Source of the DNA: Gemmatimonadales bacterium
Lineage (GTDB): Bacteria > Gemmatimonadota > Gemmatimonadetes > Gemmatimonadales > GWC2-71-9
Assembly (NCBI GenBank): GCA_035310725.1
Contig: DATGDT010000257.1
Coordinates: 1,216-65,215, forward strand
Direction: 5' to 3'
DNA: 64,000 nucleotides
The notes under the pieces were generated by a model. It searched no databases and was not told the DNA's origin. It saw only the letters and a list, made by a program, of their open reading frames with translations. A program made the position numbers and the translations under genes. Below, piece after piece: positions 8,913 to 18,109 of this stretch; positions within the stretch are counted from its first letter, which is position 1; each line of letters starts with the position of its first letter.

Positions 8913-10579
8913 CAGCGCGCCAGTGTCGCCGCCGCGAGCTCACCAAAAGCGAGCAGCAATGCGAGCGCCAGCAGCAGCCCGCTGATGTCCGCGCGATGCA
9001 GTCCGGCGAACGCGGCCTGTCCGAAGTCGTTGTCCTCGACAACCTCGGCGCCCAACGCCTGCCGGATGAGCGCCGGTTCGGCAAGCGTGAGGTCGGTTTC
9101 CCGTGGATCCGGCCCGTAGACCGTGGCACCCACGGTATCGGCGCCCACCGTGTGGAAAGCGACGTGGACCGCACCCACGCGCTCTTCGACGGGCGCCTCG
9201 CCCCGGGCGAAGCGGTTCACGAGGGCGTCGACGAACGGCACGAACACCGGAGCCGTGGGCAACGCCGTCCAGCTCGTGTCGAGGCGACTTCCCAGCAGCA
9301 CGATGCCTTTCCCGGCTACCACCCAGGGCTCTCCATTCACCGTAGCCAGGATCGCCGCGGTGTCGGACCCCTCGAGCCGCTGGCGCCGTGTGACGGCCAC
9401 GCCGTCCAGTCCGGCTCCCGCGATCAGGCCCGGTGTCCCCCCCGGTCCGAATCGCCACGCCATCCCTCGCGTCGTGAGGGCGCGGTTCACCTGACCGAGC
9501 AGGGCCGGATCGGCAGGAGGGGCGACCACGGAGAGCCCGCTCCCGGGAGCCTCCCCGATCGTCACGTCCGCCCCTTCGGTGACTCGCCCCGCCGATCGCA
9601 GGACCTGAAGCGCCGCTGCGACGAACGAACCGGCTCCGCCCGTGGCCGTCACGCGCGCCGGGGGCGTCGCGTGCCACACGATGGCGCGCCGGTCATCACT
9701 GCGCAGCTCATCGGGCGGCAGTACGACCTCTCCTGCCCACCAACCGGGGCCCGTGGCACCCACTGGCAACGTGGCCGTGGCACCCGCTCCTGCGAGGGCC
9801 CTCCCCACGTCCCGGTCACGCACGCGTAGAGTGACCGGGACCTGCCCGCCGGGAGTCGCGCCACCGATACTGACCGCTACGGCCCCGGCCGTGACCCGTG
9901 CCGCGGTGATGCCCCGATTGGGCGGCGCTGGACGGGCCGCGAGCACCTGCACCCGAACCCCGGGCGGGAGCGTGACCCGGCCGACCTCCAGAGCAGTGCG
10001 CTGCAGATCGCTCACGACCTGGACTTCGCGTACCGTTGCGGGATCGGCGCCCACGACCTGCCCTGCGGCGTTCACCGCAGCGACCAGGTCCAGGCGTCGC
10101 GCATCCGCAGTGGCGCTGTCCACCGCGCCACGCAGCTCGTCGCGCCCACCTGCGCGGATGATCCCGTCGGCGAGGACGAGCCAGAGCCGGTCGCTGGGTG
10201 TCGCGCGATCGAGGACGGACCGCGCCGCCGCCTTCAAGCGCTCGAGCGTCACCTGCCCGCCCGACACGGCACCGGACGACAATGAGTTGTCGAGGATCAG
10301 CGCCAGCGCAGTCGGGGGATGCGCCGCACCCGTGCGGCGCGCCGGAACGAGCGGGCGCGCAGCCGCCAGCACGAGCACGACGATCAGCGCCGTGCGCAGG
10401 ATCAGCAACAGCAGGTGCCGCAATCGCAGGCGTCGCGCACTGCGCCGTTCGGCTTCGTTCAGATAGCGTAACGGCGGAAACTCGACCTCGGGTGGGGTGC
10501 GCCGTTGAAACAGGTGCAGCAGCGCCGGAATCGCCGCCGCGACGATGCCGAACAGGACCAGCGGATGGAGGAAGATCAC
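8912..10579 (-). CDS. Membrane protein with BatA-type aerotolerance-regulator N-terminal domain and vWA-like middle region
   Basis: ORF 555 aa. N-terminus is MIFLHPLVLFGIVAAAIPALLHLFQRR. A DxSxS-like LILDNSLSSG is present, plus a C-terminal TM helix. It overlaps the DUF58 stop and the mfd start. Confidence 0.7.
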   Translation of the reverse strand: MIFLHPLVLFGIVAAAIPALLHLFQRRTPPEVEFPPLRYLNEAERRSARRLRLRHLLLLILRTALIVVLVLAAARPLVPARRTGAAHPPTALALILDNSLSSGAVSGGQVTLERLKAAARSVLDRATPSDRLWLVLADGIIRAGGRDELRGAVDSATADARRLDLVAAVNAAGQVVGADPATVREVQVVSDLQRTALEVGRVTLPPGVRVQVLAARPAPPNRGITAARVTAGAVAVSIGGATPGGQVPVTLRVRDRDVGRALAGAGATATLPVGATGPGWWAGEVVLPPDELRSDDRRAIVWHATPPARVTATGGAGSFVAAALQVLRSAGRVTEGADVTIGEAPGSGLSVVAPPADPALLGQVNRALTTRGMAWRFGPGGTPGLIAGAGLDGVAVTRRQRLEGSDTAAILATVNGEPWVVAGKGIVLLGSRLDTSWTALPTAPVFVPFVDALVNRFARGEAPVEERVGAVHVAFHTVGADTVGATVYGPDPRETDLTLAEPALIRQALGAEVVEDNDFGQAAFAGLHRADISGLLLALALLLAFGELAAATLAR

Positions 10580-11460
10580 GCCAGGCGGCGCAGGACGCGA
10601 CCGAACGGCTCGTCGGTCAGCACGTCATGGTAGGCGATGCCGTGACGGCGGCAGGCGGAGCGCCATGCGGAAATCTCGCGCTGCACGGCGTCCCGATAAG
10701 CGCGCGCCAGCTCGCGCGGACGCACGACCAGACTTTCATCTGACTCCGGATCGCGGAACCGGACTTCGGGTGGGCCGGCGAGCGCGCGCTCGGCAGGATC
10801 CATGAGATGCAGGACCACCACCTGATGCCCGCGGTGGCGCAGGAACCGCAACGCCACGAGGGCGAGGCTCCGGTCCAGGAGCAAGTCGGAAATCAGCACC
10901 ACCAGACCGCGGCGTACCAACAAGGACGTCACCTGTCGCAAGGCCGCCTCCGCCGCCGTCCCCCGGCCCTCCGGTAGCGCCACGATCCCGCGTAGCAGTC
11001 GCCGCCACTGCCCCGACTTCACGCGCGGCGGCACCACTTCACGAACCGCGTCGTCGAACGTGATGAGCCCCGTGGCATCCCGCTGGCGCAGCAGGATCAG
11101 CCCCAGGGCTGCCGCCAGTCGCTGCGCATACTCCAGTTTCGTCAGACGCTCCGGCGCGCCGCGCCACGACATCGAACGGCTCGCGTCCAGCAGGATCATC
11201 GCCCGGAGGTTCGTCTCCTCCTCGAACTGCTTCACGAACAGCCGATCCGAGCGGGCGAGCATGCGCCAGTCGAGGTAGCGCGGCTCGTCCCCGGGCTGAT
11301 AGGCCCGGTGCTCGGTGAACTCGACGGAGAACCCCCGGAACGGTGACCGGTGCAGCCCGGAGAGAAAGCCCTCCACGACGCCCTGGGCGATGATCTCGAT
11401 GCCGCCCAAGCGCGACACCTCGATGGGATCGAGCAGATCGACTCGCTCTCGGACCGTCAT
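10576..11460 (-). CDS. DUF58-family protein (usually MoxR/vWA associated)
   Basis: ORF 294 aa with HRSPFRGFSVEFTEHRAYQPGDEPRYLDWR, typical of DUF58. No MoxR ATPase gene is adjacent in this window. Confidence 0.8.
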   Translation of the reverse strand: MTVRERVDLLDPIEVSRLGGIEIIAQGVVEGFLSGLHRSPFRGFSVEFTEHRAYQPGDEPRYLDWRMLARSDRLFVKQFEEETNLRAMILLDASRSMSWRGAPERLTKLEYAQRLAAALGLILLRQRDATGLITFDDAVREVVPPRVKSGQWRRLLRGIVALPEGRGTAAEAALRQVTSLLVRRGLVVLISDLLLDRSLALVALRFLRHRGHQVVVLHLMDPAERALAGPPEVRFRDPESDESLVVRPRELARAYRDAVQREISAWRSACRRHGIAYHDVLTDEPFGRVLRRLA

Positions 11461-11615
11461 GGCTCGCGGAAGCTAGAGACGGTCGCGTGTCCATGGTAGA
11501 GGACAGTCGGCGTGTCTCCCGTCGCGTGGCAATCACTCAACATGCTGTAGAGTAATGACTTCGAGAGGTGTCGGGCGCGGCACGTGCCCTGCGCTTGCAC
11601 CGTGTCGGAGGTCAT

Positions 11616-12968
11616 ATGCTCGCAACCATCGTGCTGTTCACCGCCCTCGGCGGCCGCTCTCTGCCGGCGACTGTTGTCGCCGCCTCCCATCTCGATCGCC
11701 CGCGCGTGGAGGTCTGGACCAACCGCGGCGACGATCCTTACCACACCGGGGAGGACGCCCGCGTTTATCTGCGCGCCGATCGCGACGCCTACGTCGCCCT
11801 CTTCCGGGTCGATACCGACGGCCGGGTGCGGGTGCTCTTCCCGCGCGACCCCTGGGACGACGGCTTCGTCCGGGCGGGCCGCGAATTCGAGGTCGAAGGC
11901 GGGCACGGCTATGACGCGTTCGAGATCGACGACTATCCCGGCGTCGGGTACGTGTTCGCGGTCGCCTCGGCGGACCCCTTCGACTTCGATGCGATCACGC
12001 GTGGCGACCACTGGGACTATCGGGTGATCGCCGACGGTCGTGTTCGTGGTGACCCTTATGTCGCCCTCACCGATCTGGCTGAGCGCATCGTGCCGCCCGG
12101 CTATGACGATTGGGACTACGACATCGCTCCGTACTACGTGGAGCGGCGCTACGACTACCCACGGTTCCTGTGCTATGACTGTCACAGCTACGCGACCTTC
12201 TCCTATTGGAATCCATACGCCTACTCCTGCGTGCGTTTCCGTATCGTGGTGTTCGACGACCCTTACTACTACCCCTATCGCTATTACGGGGGCAGGCGCG
12301 TCGTCTTTACCCGGCCCTTCCGCCCCCAGCCCCGTTTCATCTTCAAGGATCGGGGCGGCGTTGGGGATGACCGTTTCGTGACCCGTGAACGGGAGCGCCC
12401 CGTGAACGACAACGGACGCCGAGGCGTGCGGGGAGTGGACCTGGGTGGTCGCGGCTCGATTCCCGTCCCCGACGTCAGCCGGCGCCGGGCCGCAGGCACC
12501 GGTCGCCAGAACGATGCCGCGGGCGTTCCCGAGCGGCCTCGTTCCGCCGATCCGAACGTCCGCGGTGACGATCGCCGGGACGAGAATCGCCGGGAAGTGC
12601 AGCCGCGACGTGAAGAACCGTCGCAGCGCCCGGACGATCGCAACCAGACCGATCGAGGCCGCCCTGAACAGCGACCGCAGGCCGGTGAAGGTCGGCGCCG
12701 TCCGGCCGCGGATCGCCCCACACCGCCGGCGCGCCAGGGAGGCGAGTGGAGCGATCGTGGACAGGATCGCCGCGATCCGCCGCGAGAGGCGCAGCCGCGG
12801 CGCCCACAGTCCGAACCCCGCGCGCAGCCGGCGCGGCCGCAGGCCGAACCCCGCTCGCAGCCGCCGCGCGCCTCCGAGGGAGGGCGGTCTGAGCCGCGCG
12901 GGCGGGAGGCGTCCCCCAGCCGCGGGAAGTCTTCGGACAAACCCGAGCTGCGGCGCCGGCGTCCTTAG
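11616..12968 (+). CDS. Secreted DUF4384-like protein with a long Arg/Pro/Glu/Asp-rich disordered tail
   Basis: ORF 11568-12968. I prefer ATG 11616 (MLATIVLFTALGG signal-like). The DUF4384-like core is VEVWTNRGDDPYHTGEDARVYLRADRDAYVALFRVDTDGRVRVLFP. The last ~190 aa are low complexity with the internal repeat PQSEPRAQPARPQAEPRSQPPRA. Confidence 0.7.
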   Translation: MLATIVLFTALGGRSLPATVVAASHLDRPRVEVWTNRGDDPYHTGEDARVYLRADRDAYVALFRVDTDGRVRVLFPRDPWDDGFVRAGREFEVEGGHGYDAFEIDDYPGVGYVFAVASADPFDFDAITRGDHWDYRVIADGRVRGDPYVALTDLAERIVPPGYDDWDYDIAPYYVERRYDYPRFLCYDCHSYATFSYWNPYAYSCVRFRIVVFDDPYYYPYRYYGGRRVVFTRPFRPQPRFIFKDRGGVGDDRFVTRERERPVNDNGRRGVRGVDLGGRGSIPVPDVSRRRAAGTGRQNDAAGVPERPRSADPNVRGDDRRDENRREVQPRREEPSQRPDDRNQTDRGRPEQRPQAGEGRRRPAADRPTPPARQGGEWSDRGQDRRDPPREAQPRRPQSEPRAQPARPQAEPRSQPPRASEGGRSEPRGREASPSRGKSSDKPELRRRRP

Positions 12969-12993
12969 TCCGTCGCGGCCTGCAACTCACTGA

Positions 12994-13027
12994 CGCGCCC
13001 GTCCGTAGTCGCACGCGGACGGGCGCG
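12994..13027 (+). terminator. GC-rich hairpin downstream of the DUF4384 gene
   Basis: 12-bp perfect stem, cgcgcccgtccg (12994-13005) / cggacgggcgcg (13016-13027), with a 10-nt loop. No U-tract follows. Confidence 0.45.
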
Positions 13028-13089
13028 CTAGCTTCCACCCCCGCGGACGTCCAACTAACCCGCCGTCGCCCCATCCCAGAGGAGCATGC

Positions 13090-14655
13090 ATGCGTCACTT
13101 GAGAATCGTCCTGCCGGCCCTCGCACTCGCGTGCGGCGGTCACAGGTCGCAACCGGCCGTCGCCCCGACGCCGACTGCCGTACCCACCGCGCCGGTCGGA
13201 GTCGCCTCCATCACGGCGGACGGCGTTCGCGGGCGCATCTACCGCATCGCCGATGACTCGATGCGGGGTCGGGCGACGCCATCGCCGGAGCTCGACAAGA
13301 TGGCCGCCTACGTCGCTACGGAGTTCCGCCGCTTCGGGCTCAGGCCGGGCGGCGATAGCGGCGGGTACCTGCAGCGCTATCCCCTGGAGGTCTATCAGGC
13401 GGTTCCCGAGAGCGCCGCGGTGTGGGCGACTGGAGTGGCACCGGTGCGCTGGTCGCTCGGCCAGGACATGAAGTTCGTGCAGGGCCAGCCGGTGGCCGAC
13501 CGTGTGGCGGAGGGGGTGGTGCTCGTCACCGGGACGCCACAATCGGGCGGCGCACTCGATTCCGCCACGGTCACGGGTAAGATCGCCGTCGTCCCCATCG
13601 GGACGTCCGGGTTCGCGGCAGCGACGGCCCTGCTCCCACGTCATCCGGCGGCGATTGTCGCGGTGTTCGACGTGCCGGACGCCGCCTGGCTCCAGTTTCC
13701 GAGTCAGACGGGGAAGGTGGTGCAAAACCCGAACGAGGGCGGCGGGCTCGTGATCCCGCCCATCCTCGTGGTTCGCGACGCCAGCGCGCGCGCCTGGCTC
13801 GCGCAGGCGGGCGTGAACATCGATTCGGCCCGCGCCGCGACCACCGGACCATTGGCCGCCCGTGCCCTTCCCGGCGTGACGATCCATGTCGATCTGCCGC
13901 GGCGCCTGCTGCAGCGGACTACCGCGCCGAACGTCGTCGGCATCCTCGAGGGCTCTGACCCGGTCCTCAAGCACCAGTACGTGATCTTCAGCGGCCACAT
14001 GGATCATATCGGCACACCCCCCGACGGCGAGGGCTGCGCGCCCAGGGGTGCCGACTCCATCTGCAACGGAGCCGATGACGACGGCACGGGGTCGGTGGCG
14101 GTATTGGAGCTCGCGCAGGCGTTCGCCTCGGCGCCAGTCCGAACCAAGCGCTCTCTCGTCTTCCTGACCGTCAGCGGGGAGGAACGAGGACTCTGGGGGA
14201 GCGCGTATTTCGCCGACCACGCCACCGTGCCGATCGACAGCATCGTGGCGGATCTCAACAGCGACATGGTGGGCCGCTCCGACACGCTCCGCGACTCGAT
14301 CGTCGCGATCGGCCGCGAGCATTCCGACCTGGGCACGACGCTCGACCGGGTCGCGGGGGCGCATCCCGAACTGCGCATGACGCCGGTGGGGGACCGCTGG
14401 CCGCAGGAACAGCTTTTCTTCCGCTCGGATCACTACAACTTCGCGAGGAAGGGCATCCCGATCCTCTTTTTCACCAGCGGACTGCACCCGGACTACCACC
14501 AGGTCAGCGACACGCCCGACCGGATCGACACGGAGAAGGAAGCGCGTTTCGTCCGGCTGGAGTACTACCTGGGCGAGACGGTGGCCAACGCGGCGCAGAA
14601 ACCGCAGTGGAATCCGGACAGTTACCAGAAGATCGTCCAGGGGGGCGGGCACTGA
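13090..14655 (+). CDS. M28-family aminopeptidase lipoprotein with PA domain
   Basis: ORF 521 aa. Lipobox LALACGG and metal-ligand region FSGHMDHIG...NGADDDGTGSVAVLELAQ...SGEERGLWGSAYF. Confidence 0.85.
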   Translation: MRHLRIVLPALALACGGHRSQPAVAPTPTAVPTAPVGVASITADGVRGRIYRIADDSMRGRATPSPELDKMAAYVATEFRRFGLRPGGDSGGYLQRYPLEVYQAVPESAAVWATGVAPVRWSLGQDMKFVQGQPVADRVAEGVVLVTGTPQSGGALDSATVTGKIAVVPIGTSGFAAATALLPRHPAAIVAVFDVPDAAWLQFPSQTGKVVQNPNEGGGLVIPPILVVRDASARAWLAQAGVNIDSARAATTGPLAARALPGVTIHVDLPRRLLQRTTAPNVVGILEGSDPVLKHQYVIFSGHMDHIGTPPDGEGCAPRGADSICNGADDDGTGSVAVLELAQAFASAPVRTKRSLVFLTVSGEERGLWGSAYFADHATVPIDSIVADLNSDMVGRSDTLRDSIVAIGREHSDLGTTLDRVAGAHPELRMTPVGDRWPQEQLFFRSDHYNFARKGIPILFFTSGLHPDYHQVSDTPDRIDTEKEARFVRLEYYLGETVANAAQKPQWNPDSYQKIVQGGGH

Positions 14656-14671
14656 GCACCGCGGGCGCGTG

Positions 14672-15098
14672 GTGACACTCGACCTCTACGCCCGGCACAA
14701 GTCCGAGTACATCGCCCCCCGGATCGCCGGCCTTCTTGACGATCGGGGCCGCCAGGTACCTGACTGTGGCGGGACGCGGTGACCCCAATGGACCCGCGTT
14801 CGGCGCCGCAGTCGGGGCGCTGTACGGCATCGCGTATACGATCAAGATGGCCAAGAAGGCCGGCGGCCGCACCCTGGAGGCCCGAGTACGGTTGGAAACG
14901 CAGCGCGAGGGCCGGTGCGTGCAGATGCTGCACCGCGGTCCCTACCGGGCGGAGCACGCCACCATCACCGCGATGGTGGCGTTCGCCCGCGGCCGGGGAC
15001 TGCGCCCACGGGGCCGGCACCACGAGATCTACCTCTCCGACCCGCGGCGCGTCGCTCCAGCGAAACTGCGCACCATTCTCCGGCAACCCGTGCGTTAG
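14672..15098 (+). pseudogene. Decayed GyrI-like (SOUL/small-molecule-binding) gene with a frameshift in a C6 run plus an apparent internal deletion
   Basis: Frame A runs GTG 14672 to TGA 14780-14782 (VTLDLYARHKSEYIAPR...). Frame B is ORF 14736-15098 (..TIGAARYLTVAGRGDPNGPAFGAAVGALYGIAYTIKMAKKAGG...HHEIYLSDPRRVAPAKLRTILRQPV). Removing one C from cccccc (14715-14720) joins them. Confidence 0.6.
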
Positions 15099-16036
15099 GC
15101 GGCTTCGATCCCGAGTACGCCGGCGTTCGTCTTCGAGCGCTTGAGCATGGCCAGCAGGTTCTCCATGGCCTGCGTGGGAGGCAGTCCCACCAGACGGCGG
15201 CGCAGCTCCTGCCGCGCGGTCACCACCGCCGGTGGGGCGAGCAGTTCCTCCCGCCGGGTCCCACTCGCGGCGATATCCACGGCAGGGTAGATGCGCCGGT
15301 CCGCCATCTCGCGGGTGAGGCGCAGTTCGGCGTTGCCCGTCCCCTTGAACTCCTCGAAGATCACGTCGTCCATGCGGCTCTCGGTTTCGACGAGCGCGGT
15401 CGCGATGACGGTGAGCGATCCCCCGTCGGGCACGGCGCGGGCCGACCCGAACAGGGCCTTGGGTTTGGCCATCGCGTTCGCATCGAGCCCACCCGACATC
15501 GTTCGCCCGCTCGAGCGGCCCGCCGTGTTGTGCGAGCGCGCCAGGCGAGTGAGTGAGTCGAGGACGATCACGACGTCGCGTCCGAGCTCGACCTGGCGCC
15601 GAGCGTGCTCGAACACCATGTCGGCCACCGCCACATGCCGCTCGTGCGGCAGATCGAAGCTGGATGCGATGACCTCACCGCGGCCCCAATCGATCATCTC
15701 GCTCACTTCTTCGGGCCGCTCATCGACCAGCAGGATGAGCAGCTCCACCTGCGGATGATTCAGGGCGACGCCTTCCGCCACCGCCTGCAGCACCGTCGTC
15801 TTCCCCGCCTTCGGCGGCGACACGATGAGGGCACGCTGGCCGAACCCGAACGGGCAGACCAGATCGATGACGCGCTGAATGTCTCCGGTCCGCTGGCTCT
15901 GCTGGCTCACCGTCTCCAGACGCAGCGGCCGTGATGGATGGACCGCGCCGAGCGCGGAGAACTCGGGACGCTCACCCATCCGCTCCGGAGCGAGGCCGTT
16001 CACGCTGACGACCCGCCCACCCTCGAGCGTCACCAC
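15095..16036 (-). CDS. rho: Transcription termination factor Rho, ATPase core only (N-terminal domain missing or unclear start)
   Basis: ORF 313 aa with Walker A SPPKAGKTTVLQ, LLVDERPEEV, VLDSLTRLARS and SLTVIATALVETESRMDDVIFEEFKGTGNAEL. The frame stays open upstream to TAG at 16193-16195 but contains no ATG/GTG/TTG there. Confidence 0.85.
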   Translation of the reverse strand: MVTLEGGRVVSVNGLAPERMGERPEFSALGAVHPSRPLRLETVSQQSQRTGDIQRVIDLVCPFGFGQRALIVSPPKAGKTTVLQAVAEGVALNHPQVELLILLVDERPEEVSEMIDWGRGEVIASSFDLPHERHVAVADMVFEHARRQVELGRDVVIVLDSLTRLARSHNTAGRSSGRTMSGGLDANAMAKPKALFGSARAVPDGGSLTVIATALVETESRMDDVIFEEFKGTGNAELRLTREMADRRIYPAVDIAASGTRREELLAPPAVVTARQELRRRLVGLPPTQAMENLLAMLKRSKTNAGVLGIEAA

Positions 16037-16184
16037 GTCGCCGCGGCGCAGGCCCGGGAGACGAACCCCCGGGTCGCCGCGGGCGGGCAGGTAGCTGTTG
16101 GCCGCGAACCGCAGGGCGCCGCCCTTGGGAGCGGGATCGAACCAGCCGGTGATTGGTGGCAGGGGGTGACCTCGCTGGAAATAT

Positions 16185-16266
16185 GCTATCGGCTATCAGC
16201 TATCGGCAGGGTGCGTAGCCCTGGGCCACCCGTCAGCCGAGAGGCCGATAGCCGATAGCCGATAGC
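16185..16266. repeat. Heptamer-array palindrome: (GCTATCG)(GCTATCA)(GCTATCG)GC, 36-nt spacer, GC(CGATAGC)x3
   Basis: Left arm is 16185-16207 and right arm is 16244-16266. The arms are 22/23 complementary, with one A/C mismatch at 16198/16253. Confidence 0.95.
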
Positions 16267-16282
16267 TTATCTTCCCTCGCAC

Positions 16283-18082
16283 ATGCGCCAAGCCAACATC
16301 CGCAACTTCTGCATCGTCGCCCATATCGACCACGGGAAGTCCACCCTCGCCGACCGCCTGATCGAGCTCACGGGCACGCTCGATAAGCGCCTGATGCGCG
16401 AGCAGGTGCTCGACACCATGGATCTGGAGCGCGAGCGGGGCATCACGATCAAGCTGAACGCGGTCCGGATGGGCTACCACGCGCGCGACGGGCAGGTCTA
16501 CGAGCTCAACCTGATCGACACTCCCGGGCACGTCGACTTCACCTACGAAGTCTCGCGCTCCCTGGCGGCCTGCGAGGGAGCGATCCTCGTCGTGGACGCC
16601 TCGCAGGGCATCCAGGCGCAGACGGTGTCCAACCTGTTCCTGGCGCTGGACGCCGGCCTCGAGATCATCCCCGTGTTGAACAAGATCGATCTCCCGGGCG
16701 CGGAGCCCGACAAGCGGGCGCAGGAGATACACGACCTGATCGGAGCCAAGCCGGAAGAGATCCTGCGCATTTCCGCCAAAGACGGGACCGGAGTCCCCGA
16801 AGTCCTCGAGGCCGTCGTCCAGCGCGTCCCGCATCCCCGGGGGGAGTCCGGGGCGCCACTGCGCGCGCTGATCTTCGATTCCTACTACGACCGCTACCGC
16901 GGCGCGATCCCCAGCATCCGCGTAGTCGATGGCCAGCTGCGGCCCGGGATGAAGATCGCGTTCGGCGCCCACAAGGACGATCTCTACGAGGTCGACGAAG
17001 TGGGCTACCTGCAGCTCGGCCACAAGCCGACGGAGCAGCTGGAGGCGGGCGAGGTCGGCTACTTCATCGCCAACATCCGCGGGGTGCGGGAAACCCGCCC
17101 GGGCGACACCGTGCTCGATGCCGAGCATCGCGACGCGCCACTGCTCCTCGGCTATCGGGACATTCAGTCGATGGTGTTCGCGGGACTCTATCCCACGAAC
17201 GCCGAGCAGTACGAAGAGCTGCGCGACGCCCTCGCCAAGCTCCAGATGAACGACGCCTCGCTGCACTACGAGCCGGAAACCTCGGTGGCGCTGGGGTTCG
17301 GGTTCCGCTGCGGATTTCTCGGCCTGCTCCACATGGAGATCGTGCGCGAGCGGCTGGAGCGCGAGTTCGACCTCGACCTGATCTCCACGGTGCCCAACGT
17401 GGAGTATCACGTCTACAAGACCGACGGTACGAAGGAGATCGTGGAGAATCCGAGCGCGATGCCGCACGGCACGGGTGTGGAGCGCGTGGAAGAGCCGTAC
17501 GTGAAGGCGCGGATCCTGACGCCGGCCGAATACATCGGCGCCATCATGAAGCTCGGCCAGGAGCGCCGCGGCGTGTACCAGGGGATGCACTACGTGGACC
17601 CGACGCGCGTCGATTTCACCTTCGAATTCCCGCTGGCCGAGATCATCCTCGATTTCTACGACAAACTGAAGACCGTGTCGCGCGGCTACGCCTCGCTCGA
17701 CTACGAGTTCCTGGGCTACCGGCCGAGCGAGCTCATCAAGCTCGACCTGCTGCTCAATGGCGAGGCCGTGGACGCGTTCAGCGTCATCATCCACCGCGAC
17801 AAGGCCTATGACTGGGGTCGCAAGATCGCCGAGAAGCTGAAGGAGCTGATCCCTCGACAGCTGTTCGAAGTGATCATCCAGGCCGCCATCGGCAGTAAGG
17901 TGATCGCCCGCGAGTCCATCCGCCCGCTGCGCAAGAACGTGCTCGCCAAGTGCTACGGCGGCGATGTGACGCGCAAGCGCAAGCTCCTGGAGAAGCAGAA
18001 AGAAGGCAAGAAGCGGATGAAGCAGGTCGGCACCGTGGAGATTCCGCAGGAGGCATTCCTGGCGGTCCTGCAGGTCGACTGA
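16283..18082 (+). CDS. lepA: Elongation factor 4
   Basis: ORF 599 aa: [33 protein letters not shown], and a C-terminal LepA_C region ([25 protein letters not shown]). Confidence 0.97.
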   Translation: MRQANIRNFCIVAHIDHGKSTLADRLIELTGTLDKRLMREQVLDTMDLERERGITIKLNAVRMGYHARDGQVYELNLIDTPGHVDFTYEVSRSLAACEGAILVVDASQGIQAQTVSNLFLALDAGLEIIPVLNKIDLPGAEPDKRAQEIHDLIGAKPEEILRISAKDGTGVPEVLEAVVQRVPHPRGESGAPLRALIFDSYYDRYRGAIPSIRVVDGQLRPGMKIAFGAHKDDLYEVDEVGYLQLGHKPTEQLEAGEVGYFIANIRGVRETRPGDTVLDAEHRDAPLLLGYRDIQSMVFAGLYPTNAEQYEELRDALAKLQMNDASLHYEPETSVALGFGFRCGFLGLLHMEIVRERLEREFDLDLISTVPNVEYHVYKTDGTKEIVENPSAMPHGTGVERVEEPYVKARILTPAEYIGAIMKLGQERRGVYQGMHYVDPTRVDFTFEFPLAEIILDFYDKLKTVSRGYASLDYEFLGYRPSELIKLDLLLNGEAVDAFSVIIHRDKAYDWGRKIAEKLKELIPRQLFEVIIQAAIGSKVIARESIRPLRKNVLAKCYGGDVTRKRKLLEKQKEGKKRMKQVGTVEIPQEAFLAVLQVD

Positions 18083-18109
18083 CTCACCACGGCGCGTCCC
18101 GGCACACCG

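Noticed and set aside
5217-9119. 1300-aa plus-strand ORF
   Set aside because: It is antisense to mfd. Its translation is Arg/Gly/Pro/His-rich low-complexity sequence with no motifs, which is the classic high-GC antisense artefact.
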